Source: Gemmatimonadales bacterium
Lineage (GTDB): Bacteria > Gemmatimonadota > Gemmatimonadetes > Gemmatimonadales > GWC2-71-9
Length of the DNA: 53,441 bases
NCBI GenBank assembly: GCA_035706765.1
Contig: DASSUS010000093.1
Span: 1 to 53,441, forward strand
Direction of reading: 5' to 3'
Shown: piece after piece, positions 9,371 to 19,600 of the stretch
Numbering within the stretch: position 1 is the first letter of the stretch
Layout of the letters: every line of letters begins with the position of its first letter
Translations under genes and position numbers: made by a program
Notes under the pieces: generated by a model
Seen by the model: only the letters and a program-made list of their open reading frames with translations
Databases searched by the model: none
What the model was told of the DNA's origin: nothing

Positions 9371-10713
9371 ACGATCTCCCGCGCCGCGTTGCGCCCCGCC
9401 GCTCCCGGGATCCCGCCTCCAGGATGCGTGCCCGAGCCGCACAAATACAAGCCCTCGATCGGGGTCCGGTAGCGACTCCACCCCGGCACCGGCCGCATGA
9501 ACAAAATCTGGTCGAGGGTCAGCTCGCCGTGGTAGAGGCTCTCGTCGGCGGGCTGGAGCGTGATCTGGTCCGGCCGGGCGTTCAGCACGCGAGCGACCGC
9601 CTCCGTGAGCCCCTGATGCGCGCCCGGAGCGACGTATTGCACATGCAGCTCGACGCGCCCATTGGTGCGCTGCACCTCGACATATGGCGCGCCGGAGTCG
9701 CGCCCGTACTTCACCGCGTCGTAGGCGCGCTCGAGATAATCGAGCGAGGGCGCAAAGCAGAGGTTCCAGAAGTCCGGTGGCGTCCCGATAGCGTACGTGC
9801 CGCGCGCCACGACGCCGCGCGCCTTGATGTTGCGCACCGCCCAGGCGAACTCGGGATCGAGCTCCATCGCGATCGGCTCCAGTGTCGAGCGGGGCGGAGC
9901 GCTCGACACCACCAGCGGGGCGAGCACGGCGTCACCGCTCCCGTCCAGGACGACGCCCGTCGCGCGTCCGTTCCTGGCGAGCACGGTGGCACGTTGACCG
10001 CGGCGCAGCTCGACGCCGTTCAGCTCGGACAGCGCCTGAGTCGAGTTCGAGCGCGGAGGGCGGAAGACCCCTGCGGGACTGCCGACGTGGTGATGCAGGA
10101 AGTTGAATGCCGTGCCGCCCGAGCGCGGCCCCTGCTTGAGATGCCAGATGCCGAGCGCGCCGAGCGCGCCCTTCAACGCGTCGCTCTCGAACCAGTCGTC
10201 CAGCAGCTCCGCGATCGACATCGGGAGCACGCGCGCGAGGTCGATGACCGCCTGTTTGCCGAGCCGGCGCACGTACAGGCCCAGGCCGCCGATGCGCGCC
10301 AGCTCACGCGGGTCGCGCGTTTCGATGTCGGGCGGCGGCGCGAGATACAGTCGCTCCAGCACGCTCGCGAGCGTGTGCATCCGCGCGCTGAACTCCGCCC
10401 ACTTGCCCGCGTCCGCGGGACTGACGCGCCGAATCGCCTCGACCGATTTCCCCATGTCGCGCGAGAGCTCGAGGGTGCCGCCCGCCGGGAGCGGCACGGT
10501 CAGCCAGGGATCGGGCTCTTCGATGCGCAGACCCGGTACGCGCAGGTCTTTCAACACCTGCGGCGGGATCCATCCCATATCGGCAGCGGGATCGGGGACC
10601 TCACGCTGTTCTACGACCAGCACGCGCTTGCCCGCGCGCGCCAGATAGTGCGCCGCGACGAGACCGTTGGTGCCCGCGCCGATCACGATCGCGTCGTACC
10701 GAGCGTCGCTCAC
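9367..10713 (-). CDS. NAD(P)/FAD-dependent oxidoreductase, phytoene-desaturase (CrtI)/amine-oxidase superfamily
   Basis: The N-terminal dinucleotide fold is YDAIVIGAGTNGLVAAHYLARAGKRVLVVEQ. The C-terminal part has GLYLCGSGTHPGGGIPG. Confidence 0.8.
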   Translation of the reverse strand: MSDARYDAIVIGAGTNGLVAAHYLARAGKRVLVVEQREVPDPAADMGWIPPQVLKDLRVPGLRIEEPDPWLTVPLPAGGTLELSRDMGKSVEAIRRVSPADAGKWAEFSARMHTLASVLERLYLAPPPDIETRDPRELARIGGLGLYVRRLGKQAVIDLARVLPMSIAELLDDWFESDALKGALGALGIWHLKQGPRSGGTAFNFLHHHVGSPAGVFRPPRSNSTQALSELNGVELRRGQRATVLARNGRATGVVLDGSGDAVLAPLVVSSAPPRSTLEPIAMELDPEFAWAVRNIKARGVVARGTYAIGTPPDFWNLCFAPSLDYLERAYDAVKYGRDSGAPYVEVQRTNGRVELHVQYVAPGAHQGLTEAVARVLNARPDQITLQPADESLYHGELTLDQILFMRPVPGWSRYRTPIEGLYLCGSGTHPGGGIPGAAGRNAAREIV

Positions 10714-12299
10714 GTGCCGTCCTTCAGGATGCGCAGCGCGGCGAGTCGTCCCGATGCGCCCATGATCCCGCCGCCCGGGTGCGTCCCCGAGCCGGCCTGG
10801 TAATAGCCGCGCACCGGCGTCGTGAACTTCGCCCAGCCCGGCGCTGGACGGAGGAAAAACAGCTGGTGCAGCGCCAGCTCGCCGGCGAAGATGTTGCCCT
10901 CGGACAAGCCCGTGATGCGCTCGATGTCGAGCGGCGTGATCACCTGCCGGTGCAGGATCTTCGATTTGAACCCGGGCGCGAAGCCTTCGAGCGTGTTCAC
11001 GACGGCGTCGCCGAACGCCTCGCGCTTCGCGTCGGTCCAGCCGCCGTTCAGGTTGTACGGCGCGTACTGCACGAAGATCGACATCACGTGCTTGCCGGGC
11101 GGCGCCATCCCGGGATCGATCATCGACGGGAACACGATGTCCATGTAGGGCCGGCGCGAGAACTCGCCGTACTTCGCGTCGTCGTAGGCGCGCTCGACGT
11201 AGTCGAGGCTCGGACTGATCGACACCGCGCCGCGATGCAAGCGTCCGCCGGGACCGCCGTCCGGCATGCAGGTGAACGTCGGCAACGAGTCGAGCGCGAT
11301 GTTCACCTTGCCCGACGAGCCGCGGAACTTGAAGCGCTTGATGTCGGAGACGAACTCGTCCGGGAGCTGGCTCGGCTCGAGCAGCTGGAGGAACGTCCGG
11401 CGCGGATCGAGACTCGACACCACCGTCCCGGCCAAGAGCTCATCGCCGTTCTCGAGCACGACGCCGGTCGCTTTGCCGCCCTTCACCAGCACCTTCGACA
11501 CACCGGCGTCACACCGGATCTCAGCACCGAAAGAGCGCGCGGCCGACGCAATCGCTTCGCTGACCGCCCCGGTGCCGCCCTTGGCGAAGCCCCAGGCCCT
11601 GAACACGCCGTCCAGCTCACCCATGTAATGATGAAGGAGGACGTACGCCGTTCCGGGTGAGCGGGGACCGAGAAACGTGCCGATGATCCCGCTGGCCGAC
11701 TTCGTTGCCTTGAGCACGTCGGTCTCGAACCACTCATCGAGAAAGTCGGCCGAGCTCATCGTCATCAGCTTCACGAGCGCGTGCAGCCGCTCGGCGCCCA
11801 GGCCGCGGAAATGCTTGCCGAGCTTGAGCAGGGCGGCGAGGTCGCCCGGGGCGAACGACGTCGGATCGGGCGGCACCATGCTGAGGATCGGCTTCACAGC
11901 CTGGGCCATGAAGTGCATCAGGCGGCCGTATTCGTCATACGCCTCGGCGTCGCGCGGCGAATGCCGGTAGAGCTCGCGACGAGTCTCGTCGTGATCGGCC
12001 CAGGCGGCGAGATAGTCGCCGTTCTCCATCGGCGTCACCGTGCTCTCGAGCGGCAGGATGTGCAGCCCGTGCCCGGGGAGATCGAGATCGCGAATGATCT
12101 CGGGCCGCAGCAGACTCACCACGTAGGAGAACATCGAGAACTTGAAGCCCGGGAAAATTTCTTCCGTCACGGCCGCTCCACCGACGCGCGGCCGCTTCTC
12201 GAGCACGAGCACGCGTTTCTCGGCGCGCGCGAGATAGGCGGCCGTGACGAGCCCGTTGTGCCCGCCGCCGATGACGATGACGTCGTAGCGCTTGGCCAT
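10710..12299 (-). CDS. NAD(P)/FAD-dependent oxidoreductase, CrtI/RetSat-like (second paralogue)
   Basis: I chose the start at MAKRYDVIVIGGGHNGLVTAAYLARAEKRVLVLEKR (ATG 12299), which abuts the upstream stop at 12299-12301. The 720-aa ORF-track version is an Arg/Pro-rich upstream extension. The C-terminal part has GYYQAGSGTHPGGGIMG. Confidence 0.8.
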   Translation of the reverse strand: MAKRYDVIVIGGGHNGLVTAAYLARAEKRVLVLEKRPRVGGAAVTEEIFPGFKFSMFSYVVSLLRPEIIRDLDLPGHGLHILPLESTVTPMENGDYLAAWADHDETRRELYRHSPRDAEAYDEYGRLMHFMAQAVKPILSMVPPDPTSFAPGDLAALLKLGKHFRGLGAERLHALVKLMTMSSADFLDEWFETDVLKATKSASGIIGTFLGPRSPGTAYVLLHHYMGELDGVFRAWGFAKGGTGAVSEAIASAARSFGAEIRCDAGVSKVLVKGGKATGVVLENGDELLAGTVVSSLDPRRTFLQLLEPSQLPDEFVSDIKRFKFRGSSGKVNIALDSLPTFTCMPDGGPGGRLHRGAVSISPSLDYVERAYDDAKYGEFSRRPYMDIVFPSMIDPGMAPPGKHVMSIFVQYAPYNLNGGWTDAKREAFGDAVVNTLEGFAPGFKSKILHRQVITPLDIERITGLSEGNIFAGELALHQLFFLRPAPGWAKFTTPVRGYYQAGSGTHPGGGIMGASGRLAALRILKDGT

Positions 12300-13492
12300 C
12301 AGGCGCGCTTCCGTTCGGGATTGAAGAAGGGCAGGGGCGTCACCCGGGCACGCGCCGCTTTGCGGCGATGCTCGACGGTGATCTCCATGAACAATTCGGT
12401 TCCGGGCCGGGCGAACTGCGACTCGAGGTGGACGAGCGCCATGTACTGCTTGAGCAGCGGCGACCAGCCGCCGCTCGTCGCGTAGCCCACCTGTCGGCCG
12501 CCGCCGTCGTAGACGGGGACGCTCGTGCGCCATGCCTGGGACGGCAGTCGCGGTGGCAGGCCGACAGCCGCATACAGACTCTCCAGCGAATCCCAATCGA
12601 CGGTCAAACCGGTGAACTGCCAGCTGGACCCTTGCTTCTTCTCGCGCAGCAGTGCGTCCTTGCCGTTGAACTGTTCCTTGTCGGTCGCCACGGTCCAGCC
12701 AAGGCCCAGCTCGTACGGGGACGACTTCTGTGATTCGATCAGCGCGTGCCGGGAGGAGAAGTAATCGACTTCGATGAGCAGCAGTCCCGCTTCGATGCGG
12801 GCGACGTCGAGCGCCAACATGCCGGCGGGCGTGATGCCGTAGGGCGTGCCGGTTTCGACGATCGCATCCCATAGCGGGACGGCCTGCGCCGCGTCGACCC
12901 AGACCTCGAAGCCGAGGTCCCCGGTGTAGCCGGTACGCGAAATCGTTACTGGAATGCCGCGGATCCTTGCCGGGGTGAGCCGGAAGTACTTGAGGGACGT
13001 CAGGTCTTGCTGTGCCGCGAGCTGGAGGATCTCACGCGAGCGAGGACCCTGCAACGACACCGCGGCCGTCTTTTCCGAGACGTCCTCGATTTTCACGTCG
13101 AGCCCGGAAGCGTTGAGGTGCAGCCAGCGCAGCGTGGGATCGGCCGACGTCATCCGATACGTCTGCTCGTTCAGGACGGAGATTGTGCCGTCGTCGATCT
13201 GCTTGCCGGCATTGTCGCACCAGGGCGTGTACAGCACCTGGCCGACCTTGGCCTTCGCGACGTGGCGCGTGACGACCTTGTCGAGCAGCTGCGCCGCGTC
13301 TCTACCGGTGATCAAGTACTTATATAGAGGAGAGACGTCGAACAACGCGGCCGAATTGCGAATCGCGTGGTACTCGCGATCGTGCGACAGCTCGTACGAG
13401 CTGGCGACCACATATCCCGCCCAGCGGCGCCAGGCTTGTCCCTCGGACAGCGGGGCGGTCCGGGGATGAAACGGCGTGGTGCGCAGGCTCAC
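12299..13492 (-). CDS. aminomethyltransferase (GcvT) family protein, folate-dependent demethylase-like
   Basis: Contains AIRNSAALFDVSPLYKYLITGRDAAQLLDKVVT (GcvT-type N-terminal motif). The length and C-terminal barrel region are typical of the family. Confidence 0.8.
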   Translation of the reverse strand: MSLRTTPFHPRTAPLSEGQAWRRWAGYVVASSYELSHDREYHAIRNSAALFDVSPLYKYLITGRDAAQLLDKVVTRHVAKAKVGQVLYTPWCDNAGKQIDDGTISVLNEQTYRMTSADPTLRWLHLNASGLDVKIEDVSEKTAAVSLQGPRSREILQLAAQQDLTSLKYFRLTPARIRGIPVTISRTGYTGDLGFEVWVDAAQAVPLWDAIVETGTPYGITPAGMLALDVARIEAGLLLIEVDYFSSRHALIESQKSSPYELGLGWTVATDKEQFNGKDALLREKKQGSSWQFTGLTVDWDSLESLYAAVGLPPRLPSQAWRTSVPVYDGGGRQVGYATSGGWSPLLKQYMALVHLESQFARPGTELFMEITVEHRRKAARARVTPLPFFNPERKRA

Positions 13493-13860
13493 GACGGAAC
13501 CGTCGTGGCTGTTTCGGCCGGCGCGAAGACGACCAGGACCTGGAGCTCTGCCTGGATCGAGTGGAAATGATGCTCGACGCCGGCGGGAACGAAGATCGCG
13601 GTACCCGGGACCGCGGGGCGGTCTTCGCTGCCCACGCGAATCGTCGCCCGCCCGCCGACGACGTAGTACAGCTCATCTTCGCGGTGCGGGGCCTGCCGGT
13701 CCGGCTCGCCGGGCTGGAGCACGTACAGGCCCGCCGACATGGCGGGCACGCGGATCAGCTCGAAGTAGTTGTGGCCGGCCGGGCGATCGGCGAACAGGCG
13801 TGGCAGCTCGAAATTCTCCATGCGGGCGCGAAATCTCACTTGGCCGGGCCGTTCGTGCAA
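13489..13860 (-). CDS. cupin domain protein
   Basis: Contains PHREDELYYVVGGRATI...GTAIFVPAGVEHHF (cupin motifs 1 and 2). An alternative start at MENFEL (13821) is possible. It is the first gene of the operon and overlaps the next gene by 4 nt. Confidence 0.75.
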   Translation of the reverse strand: MHERPGQVRFRARMENFELPRLFADRPAGHNYFELIRVPAMSAGLYVLQPGEPDRQAPHREDELYYVVGGRATIRVGSEDRPAVPGTAIFVPAGVEHHFHSIQAELQVLVVFAPAETATTVPS

Positions 13861-13868
13861 ATTTCGGC

Positions 13869-14615
13869 GTGCGCCTGCACCTCGTGGAGATTCATGACTT
13901 GCCGTGGTGTCCGCCCTCGCTGCGCGACGGGCTGACCGATTTTCTCGCCTTTTCGCTCAATCTCGCCCGGGCTTATGAGCCCGCCGGTCCGCTGCTGCGC
14001 CGCGCCGTCGCCCGAACCGGGGCGCGCCGCATCGTCGATCTGTGTGCGGGGGCGGGTGGGCCATGGTCGTGGTTGGGGAGCGAAGTCGGCGTCCCAGTGA
14101 TCCTCACCGACCTTTATCCTCATGCCGGGGCGGTCCATCCCGGGCCGGTGGACGCTCGCTCGGTGCCCGAAAGTCTCGACGGATTTCGGACCGTCTTTAC
14201 CGCCTTCCATCATTTCCGGCCCGCGGAGGCCCGCGCGATCCTGGCGGACGCGGTCCAGAAGGGCCAGGGCATCGCCGTGTTCGAGGCCGCGCGCCGCGCC
14301 CCCTGGGAGATTCTGGTCGTCGCGCTGACCTGGTTGGGGGTGCTGCTCGCTGCGCCATTCATCAAGCCATGGCGCTGGTCCCGCCTGTTCTGGACCTACC
14401 TGCCGCCGCTGCTGCCGCTCGTCGGCACATTCGACGGCATCGTGTCGTGCCTTCGCGCCTATTCGTCCGCCGAGCTCGAAACCCTGGTCTCCGGACTCGA
14501 CAGCTACGACTGGGAGATCGGCGACCTGCGTGGCGGGTGGTCGCCGTTGCGGGGGACTTACATGATCGGGATCCCGAAGGTCTCTTTGAGGGACGCTGCG
14601 TCGTCACCCCGCTAG
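13869..14615 (+). CDS. class I SAM-dependent methyltransferase-like protein with a hydrophobic C-terminal segment
   Basis: The frame of ORF 13476..14615 was trimmed to the GTG at 13869 (VRLHLVEIHDLPWCP...). RRIVDLCAGAGGPW resembles SAM motif I. WEILVVALTWLGVLLAAPF is hydrophobic. The start is uncertain. Confidence 0.5.
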   Translation: MRLHLVEIHDLPWCPPSLRDGLTDFLAFSLNLARAYEPAGPLLRRAVARTGARRIVDLCAGAGGPWSWLGSEVGVPVILTDLYPHAGAVHPGPVDARSVPESLDGFRTVFTAFHHFRPAEARAILADAVQKGQGIAVFEAARRAPWEILVVALTWLGVLLAAPFIKPWRWSRLFWTYLPPLLPLVGTFDGIVSCLRAYSSAELETLVSGLDSYDWEIGDLRGGWSPLRGTYMIGIPKVSLRDAASSPR

Positions 14616-14623
14616 GAGGATTC

Positions 14624-16684
14624 ATGCGTTCCCTCATTGTGGCCACGCTACTCGTCGTCCCCGCGCTGGCCGCCGCACAAGAAACCGCATCCGATACGCT
14701 GTTGACCGTCAATCATTATCTCGACTGGGAGCAGGTCGCCGACCCGCAGGTCTCGCCTGATGGCTCGCAGATCATCTACACCCGGCGCTGGGTGAACAAG
14801 ATCGAAGACCGCTGGGACGCCGGGCTGTGGATCATGAATGCGAACGGCTCCCGTAACCGCTTTCTCGTGAAGGGCTCGAATGCGCGCTGGTCACCTGACG
14901 GCACCCGCATCGCCTATTTCGCCGAGGGAGAGCCGAAGGGGACGCAAGTTTTCGTACGCTGGATGGATGCCGAGGGCGCGACCTCGCAGATCACCCGCGT
15001 CAGCGAGAATCCTTCCAACCTCAGCTGGTCGCCGGATGGCCGTTCGGTCGCCTTCACGATGCTCGTAAAGAGCGAAACGCCGTGGAAGATCAGCATGCCG
15101 GCAGCCCCGGAAGGCTCGAAGTGGACGGCGGCGCCGCGCGTCGTCGATCGGATGCATTACCGCCGCGACCGCATCGGGTACATCACGCAGGGGACGAACC
15201 AGATTTTTCTGGTACCGGCTGAAGGCGGCACGCCCCGGCAGCTGACGGACGGCGATTTCGGGACCAGCGAGCTGGGCTCGGGGCTCAACTACGACTGGAC
15301 TCCGGACGGACGCACGATCGTATTCGACGGGCTGCGCGAGTCGGACGCCGATTATCGCTATCGTGAGTCGTATCTATACGCGGTCGACGTGAAGAGCGGC
15401 GCGGTCCGCACGCTGGTGAGCAAGAAGGGCGGCTGGTCCAATCCGGCCGTCTCGCCCGACGGCCGGACCGTTGCATTCCTCGGCAGCGAAGCCGGTGACT
15501 ACTCCTATCGAGCGGACGAGATCTGGACGGTCGGCATCGACGGCTCCGGCATGCGCGCGCTGACGACGTACGACCGCGATCCATCGGCGCCGCGCTGGAG
15601 CCCCGACGGCAGCGGCGTCTTTTTCTCCTTGAACGACCAGGGTACCTCGAACGTGCACTTCGCCGGGCTGCGCGGCGGTAACCGGAAGGTGACCGACGGC
15701 GTGCAGATGCTCTCGCTCACGTCGGTGTCCCGCGACTTCACCGGCGTCGGCGTGCGCAGCGATCCTGACGAAGCGCCCGACATCGCGCGCTACAGCCTGC
15801 GCGGCAAGCCGCAGCCGATCACGCGCCTGACGAACGTGAACGCCGACGTGCTCGATGGCGTGCGGCTCGGCAAGGTCGAGGAGGTGTGGTACACGTCGAC
15901 CAGCGGCGCGCGGGTCCAGGGCTGGATCATCAAGCCCCCCGGCTTCGACCCGGGCAAGAAGTATCCGTTGATCCTGGAGATTCACGGCGGGCCGCACGCG
16001 ATGTACAACGTGTCGTTCAGCTACGCGCACCAGAACTTCGCCGCGAACGGATTCGTGGTGCTGTACACGAATCCGCGGGGCAGCACGGGGTACGGGAGCG
16101 CGTTCGGCAACGCGATCATGCGCGCGTATCCCAGCGTGGACTACGACGACCTGATGGCCGGCGTCGATACGGTCGTCGGACGCGGCTACATCGATACGCA
16201 GCGGATGTACGTGGGCGGGTGCTCGGGCGGCGGCGTGCTGTCGAGCTGGGTGATCGGCCACACGACGCGGTTCGCGGCGGCGGCGGTGCGCTGTCCCGTG
16301 ATCAACTGGATGAGCATGGCGGGGCAGACCGATATCCCGCTGTTTACCTACAGCTTCTTCGACGCGCCGTTCTGGGAGAAGCCCGAGCAGTGGATCAAGC
16401 AGTCCTCGCTCGCCTATGTCGGCAACGTGAAGACGCCGACGCTGCTCATGACGGGCGAGCTCGATCTGCGCACGCCGATGCCGCAGACCGAGGAGTACTA
16501 CGCCGCGCTGAAGTACATGAAGGTGCCCGTCGTGATGCTGCGCTTCAACGGCGAGTACCACGGCACGAGCTCCAAGCCGTCGAACTTCCTGCGGACCCAG
16601 CTCTACATGATGAGCTGGTACCAGAAGCACCGGCTCGGCGGCGAGACAGCCGCCAGCAGCGGAGGCGACACGCCGAACCGCTAA
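14624..16684 (+). CDS. S9 family serine peptidase (prolyl oligopeptidase/acylaminoacyl-peptidase type) with N-terminal PD40/TolB-like beta-propeller
   Basis: The ATG at 14624 is preceded by GGAGGA and gives the signal MRSLIVATLLVVPALAAAQ. WSPDG repeats occur several times. The catalytic region has GGCSGGG ... GELDLRTP ... GEYHG. Confidence 0.9.
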   Translation: MRSLIVATLLVVPALAAAQETASDTLLTVNHYLDWEQVADPQVSPDGSQIIYTRRWVNKIEDRWDAGLWIMNANGSRNRFLVKGSNARWSPDGTRIAYFAEGEPKGTQVFVRWMDAEGATSQITRVSENPSNLSWSPDGRSVAFTMLVKSETPWKISMPAAPEGSKWTAAPRVVDRMHYRRDRIGYITQGTNQIFLVPAEGGTPRQLTDGDFGTSELGSGLNYDWTPDGRTIVFDGLRESDADYRYRESYLYAVDVKSGAVRTLVSKKGGWSNPAVSPDGRTVAFLGSEAGDYSYRADEIWTVGIDGSGMRALTTYDRDPSAPRWSPDGSGVFFSLNDQGTSNVHFAGLRGGNRKVTDGVQMLSLTSVSRDFTGVGVRSDPDEAPDIARYSLRGKPQPITRLTNVNADVLDGVRLGKVEEVWYTSTSGARVQGWIIKPPGFDPGKKYPLILEIHGGPHAMYNVSFSYAHQNFAANGFVVLYTNPRGSTGYGSAFGNAIMRAYPSVDYDDLMAGVDTVVGRGYIDTQRMYVGGCSGGGVLSSWVIGHTTRFAAAAVRCPVINWMSMAGQTDIPLFTYSFFDAPFWEKPEQWIKQSSLAYVGNVKTPTLLMTGELDLRTPMPQTEEYYAALKYMKVPVVMLRFNGEYHGTSSKPSNFLRTQLYMMSWYQKHRLGGETAASSGGDTPNR

Positions 16685-19600
16685 GGCCGGCGCAGCGTCT
16701 GGTCGAAGACCTGTTGCGCGCGGGGGTCGTCGCTCTCCGCCAGCCGGCGCAGCGCGTCCGCCCGAACCTCGCGGTTCGGATGTGAGCGCGCTGCGTCGAT
16801 GAGGACGGGGATCCCCGCGCCGCCTTCCAGCTCCTCGAGCGTCTCGAGCACTTCGTCGTAGATGTCTTCCGGCGCCTCGCTCGCGAGGATGCCCTTGAGC
16901 AGCGCGACGGCCGAATCGGCCGGCGCGTGTTCGCCGTATTTCTCGATCGCGGCGCGCCGCACGTCGACGCTCCCGCTGCTGCGCCGCGCGATCCGGGCGA
17001 CGCGCGCGAGGGCGCGTGGATCGTCCAGCTCGGCCAGCGTTTCGATCGCCTCGCGTGCCACGTCCTCGTCGTCCGAGCCGCCGGCCACGACGTCCAGAAT
17101 CGCGATCACGCTGTCGGTGCGTCCCGTTTCACCGAGCGTCTCGACGGCCTCGCGCCGGACATCGCTGACCGGATGCGTGCGCGCGAATTCCACGAGCAGC
17201 GTGTAGGCGCGGCCGTCCTGCAGCTCGCCCAGGGTCTCGACCGCTTCGCGCTGGACATCGGCATCGGGATCGCGGCGCGCAATCTGCGCCAGCAGCTCGA
17301 GCGCCTGCGCGGGCGGCAGGTGCTCCGCGGCCGTTGCGACCGCGGCGCGCCGGATGTCGGTCGACCGATGCGTGCGGGCGATGTCGACGACCGCCGGCAG
17401 GCCCAACTCGCCGATCTCCGCCAGGGTCTCGATCGCTTCGCGCTGGGCGTCTTCATCCCCGTCATCTTTCGCGATCGACGTCAGGAACTGAACCGTCTCC
17501 GCCGTCGGCGCGATCTCGCCGAGCGTCTCGATCGCCTCGCGGCGCACGTCGGAGTCAGGATCACTGCTGGCGATCGGCTTGAGGGCAGCGATGGCCTCGG
17601 CCGACGGCAGGTTCTCGCCGAGCGTTTCCACCGCTTCCCGGCGCACATCGGCGCGCGGGTGATTGCGGGCGATATCGCGCAGCGCGTTCATTCCGCGCCC
17701 GCCCGGCACCTCGCCCAGCGACTCGACTGCCTCGCGCTGCACGTCTTCGTCCCGGTCGGTCCGCGCCACCGATACCAGCGTCGAGAGCGCGCGATCCTCG
17801 GACTTCTCGCCCAGCCCTTCGATCGCCTCGCGACGCGCGTCGGGATCCGGCGCGCCGGTCGCAATGGCGATCGTCGAGTCGAGCGCGGCGGGGAGCTGGT
17901 TCTCGGAGAGCGCCTCGGCGGCCTCGCGGCGCACGTCCGCCGCCTGATCGGTCCGCGCGGCCCGGCTCAACGCCGCGACGGCCGCGGACACCGGATGAAA
18001 TCCCAGCCATTCCGCGGCCTGGGCGCGGATGTCGGTCGGCTCGCGGCCGTTCATGAACCGGATCAGGATCGGAACGACGAGATTGCTCGACCCGTGGATG
18101 CCGATCGCCGAGACGATGTCCTCGCGCAAGTCGGCCGGCGGGGATCCGCTCAACAGTCCTTCGACGAGCGGAATGCTCTGCGCGTCCGAACCGCGCCCCA
18201 GCCACACGAGCGTACGCCCGCGAAAGTCCATCGGCAGGTAGATGCTCGCGACGTGCACGTGCGTGAGGACGGGATTCCCGCTGCGATCGAGGCTGAATCC
18301 GAACAGCACCGCGATGTCGTCGGAATCGGTGGTCCCGGTGAGCGGGGCCAGCCGCACGCCGCGGAACATGAGGCCCTGGAAGTCGCCGAACATGCGGCCG
18401 CTCATGCGGATGTTCTCGCCCAGGACTTCACTGCCGCGATCGATGAACACCGAATGCTCGAGCCATTCGGGACGCGGCACCTGGTAACCGATCCAGTACG
18501 CGCGCTTGCCGAGCCGGCGAGCCTGCCCGCGGGCCCAATCCCAGCGCTGCGCGAGCGCTTGCGAAGGATCGGGGTGGCGGAGCACCGTGTCGGGCGCGGC
18601 GCGCGTCGTGTCGGTGATCACGACCTGCTGCGCGGGCTGGCCCGACAACCGATCGCCCCCGGCCGCCAGCAGCGCGATGGTTACGGCCACTACACCGGCG
18701 AGCCCCGCCGGCCAGCGCGGCAACGGCTCTCGGCGCAGCGCTTCGGGGGCGACCAGGCGCCGAACGCGGGACAGCAGCGATCCGCCGGTTGCCGCGAGCG
18801 CGAGCCGGGGCGCCGCCGGACGCAGCCGCTCCATCTCCACGAGCGCGGAGGCGTACAACCGCCGGTCGCCGCACAGCTGCACCACCAGGTCGTCGCAGCA
18901 GTTCTCGCGCTCCTCACGCGCGCGGCGCGAGACCCACCAGACCGCTGGGTGATAGAAGAGCAGCGTCTCGATGACGCACTGGATCATGTTGACGATGTAG
19001 TCGTAGCGGCGGACGTGAGCCAGCTCGTGAGCGAGCAGCACCTCGAGCTGTTGGGGCGTGAGACCGCTCAGCGCGCTGGCGGGCACGAGGATCACCGGAC
19101 GCAGCCACCCGATCACCGCCGGCACTTCGACCAGCATCGATTCGAGCAGCTGCACCGGACGGCTGACACGCATGCGCGCGGCAAGCCGCTGCAGCACGCG
19201 CTGGAGCGTTTCCGCCGTGGAGCGCGTGCCGGTGGTGCGCAGGCGGCGCGCGTTCAGCCAGCCATGCGCGAAACGGAGTGACAACAGCACGACGCCGGCA
19301 ACCCATGCGAGCACGAGCCACGGCACGAGCGGTGTGACGACGTCGCGAAGCGAAGGAGCGTGGCTGCTGAAGGTCGCAACGGGCGACGGGGCAGGGGAGG
19401 ATGAGATCGACGCGGCAGGGGAGATCGACGTACTCGCCGCTGACGGCGAACCGAGCGATGCTTCCATCTGGCCGGCACGGACCGGTGCGACGCGATCATA
19501 CAACCCGATACCGGTGGCCAGCGGCAGAATGAGCATGGCGACGAGCGTGACCAGCGACAGCGCATAACGCGTCTGCGCGGACGCGCGGCGCGTCAGCGCG

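Noticed and set aside
10710-12872. The long N-terminal extensions in the ORF track (720-aa version of the second FAD oxidoreductase). The same applies to 4529..7018, 14042..16684, 13476..14615, 29473..30885, 35644..37812, 8255..9481, 40616..41557 and 37533..38306.
   Set aside because: The extensions overlap well-supported upstream genes and have shadow-ORF composition. Internal starts give canonical N-termini (Rossmann GxGxxG, signal peptides) and typical 1-4-nt operon overlaps.
16927-19281. 784-aa plus-strand ORF antisense to the BlaR1-HEAT gene
   Set aside because: It is a low-complexity R/A/G/D-rich translation with no domain signature. It is fully contained in a minus-strand gene with clear M56 and HEAT motifs. 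Long antisense ORFs are expected at this GC content.
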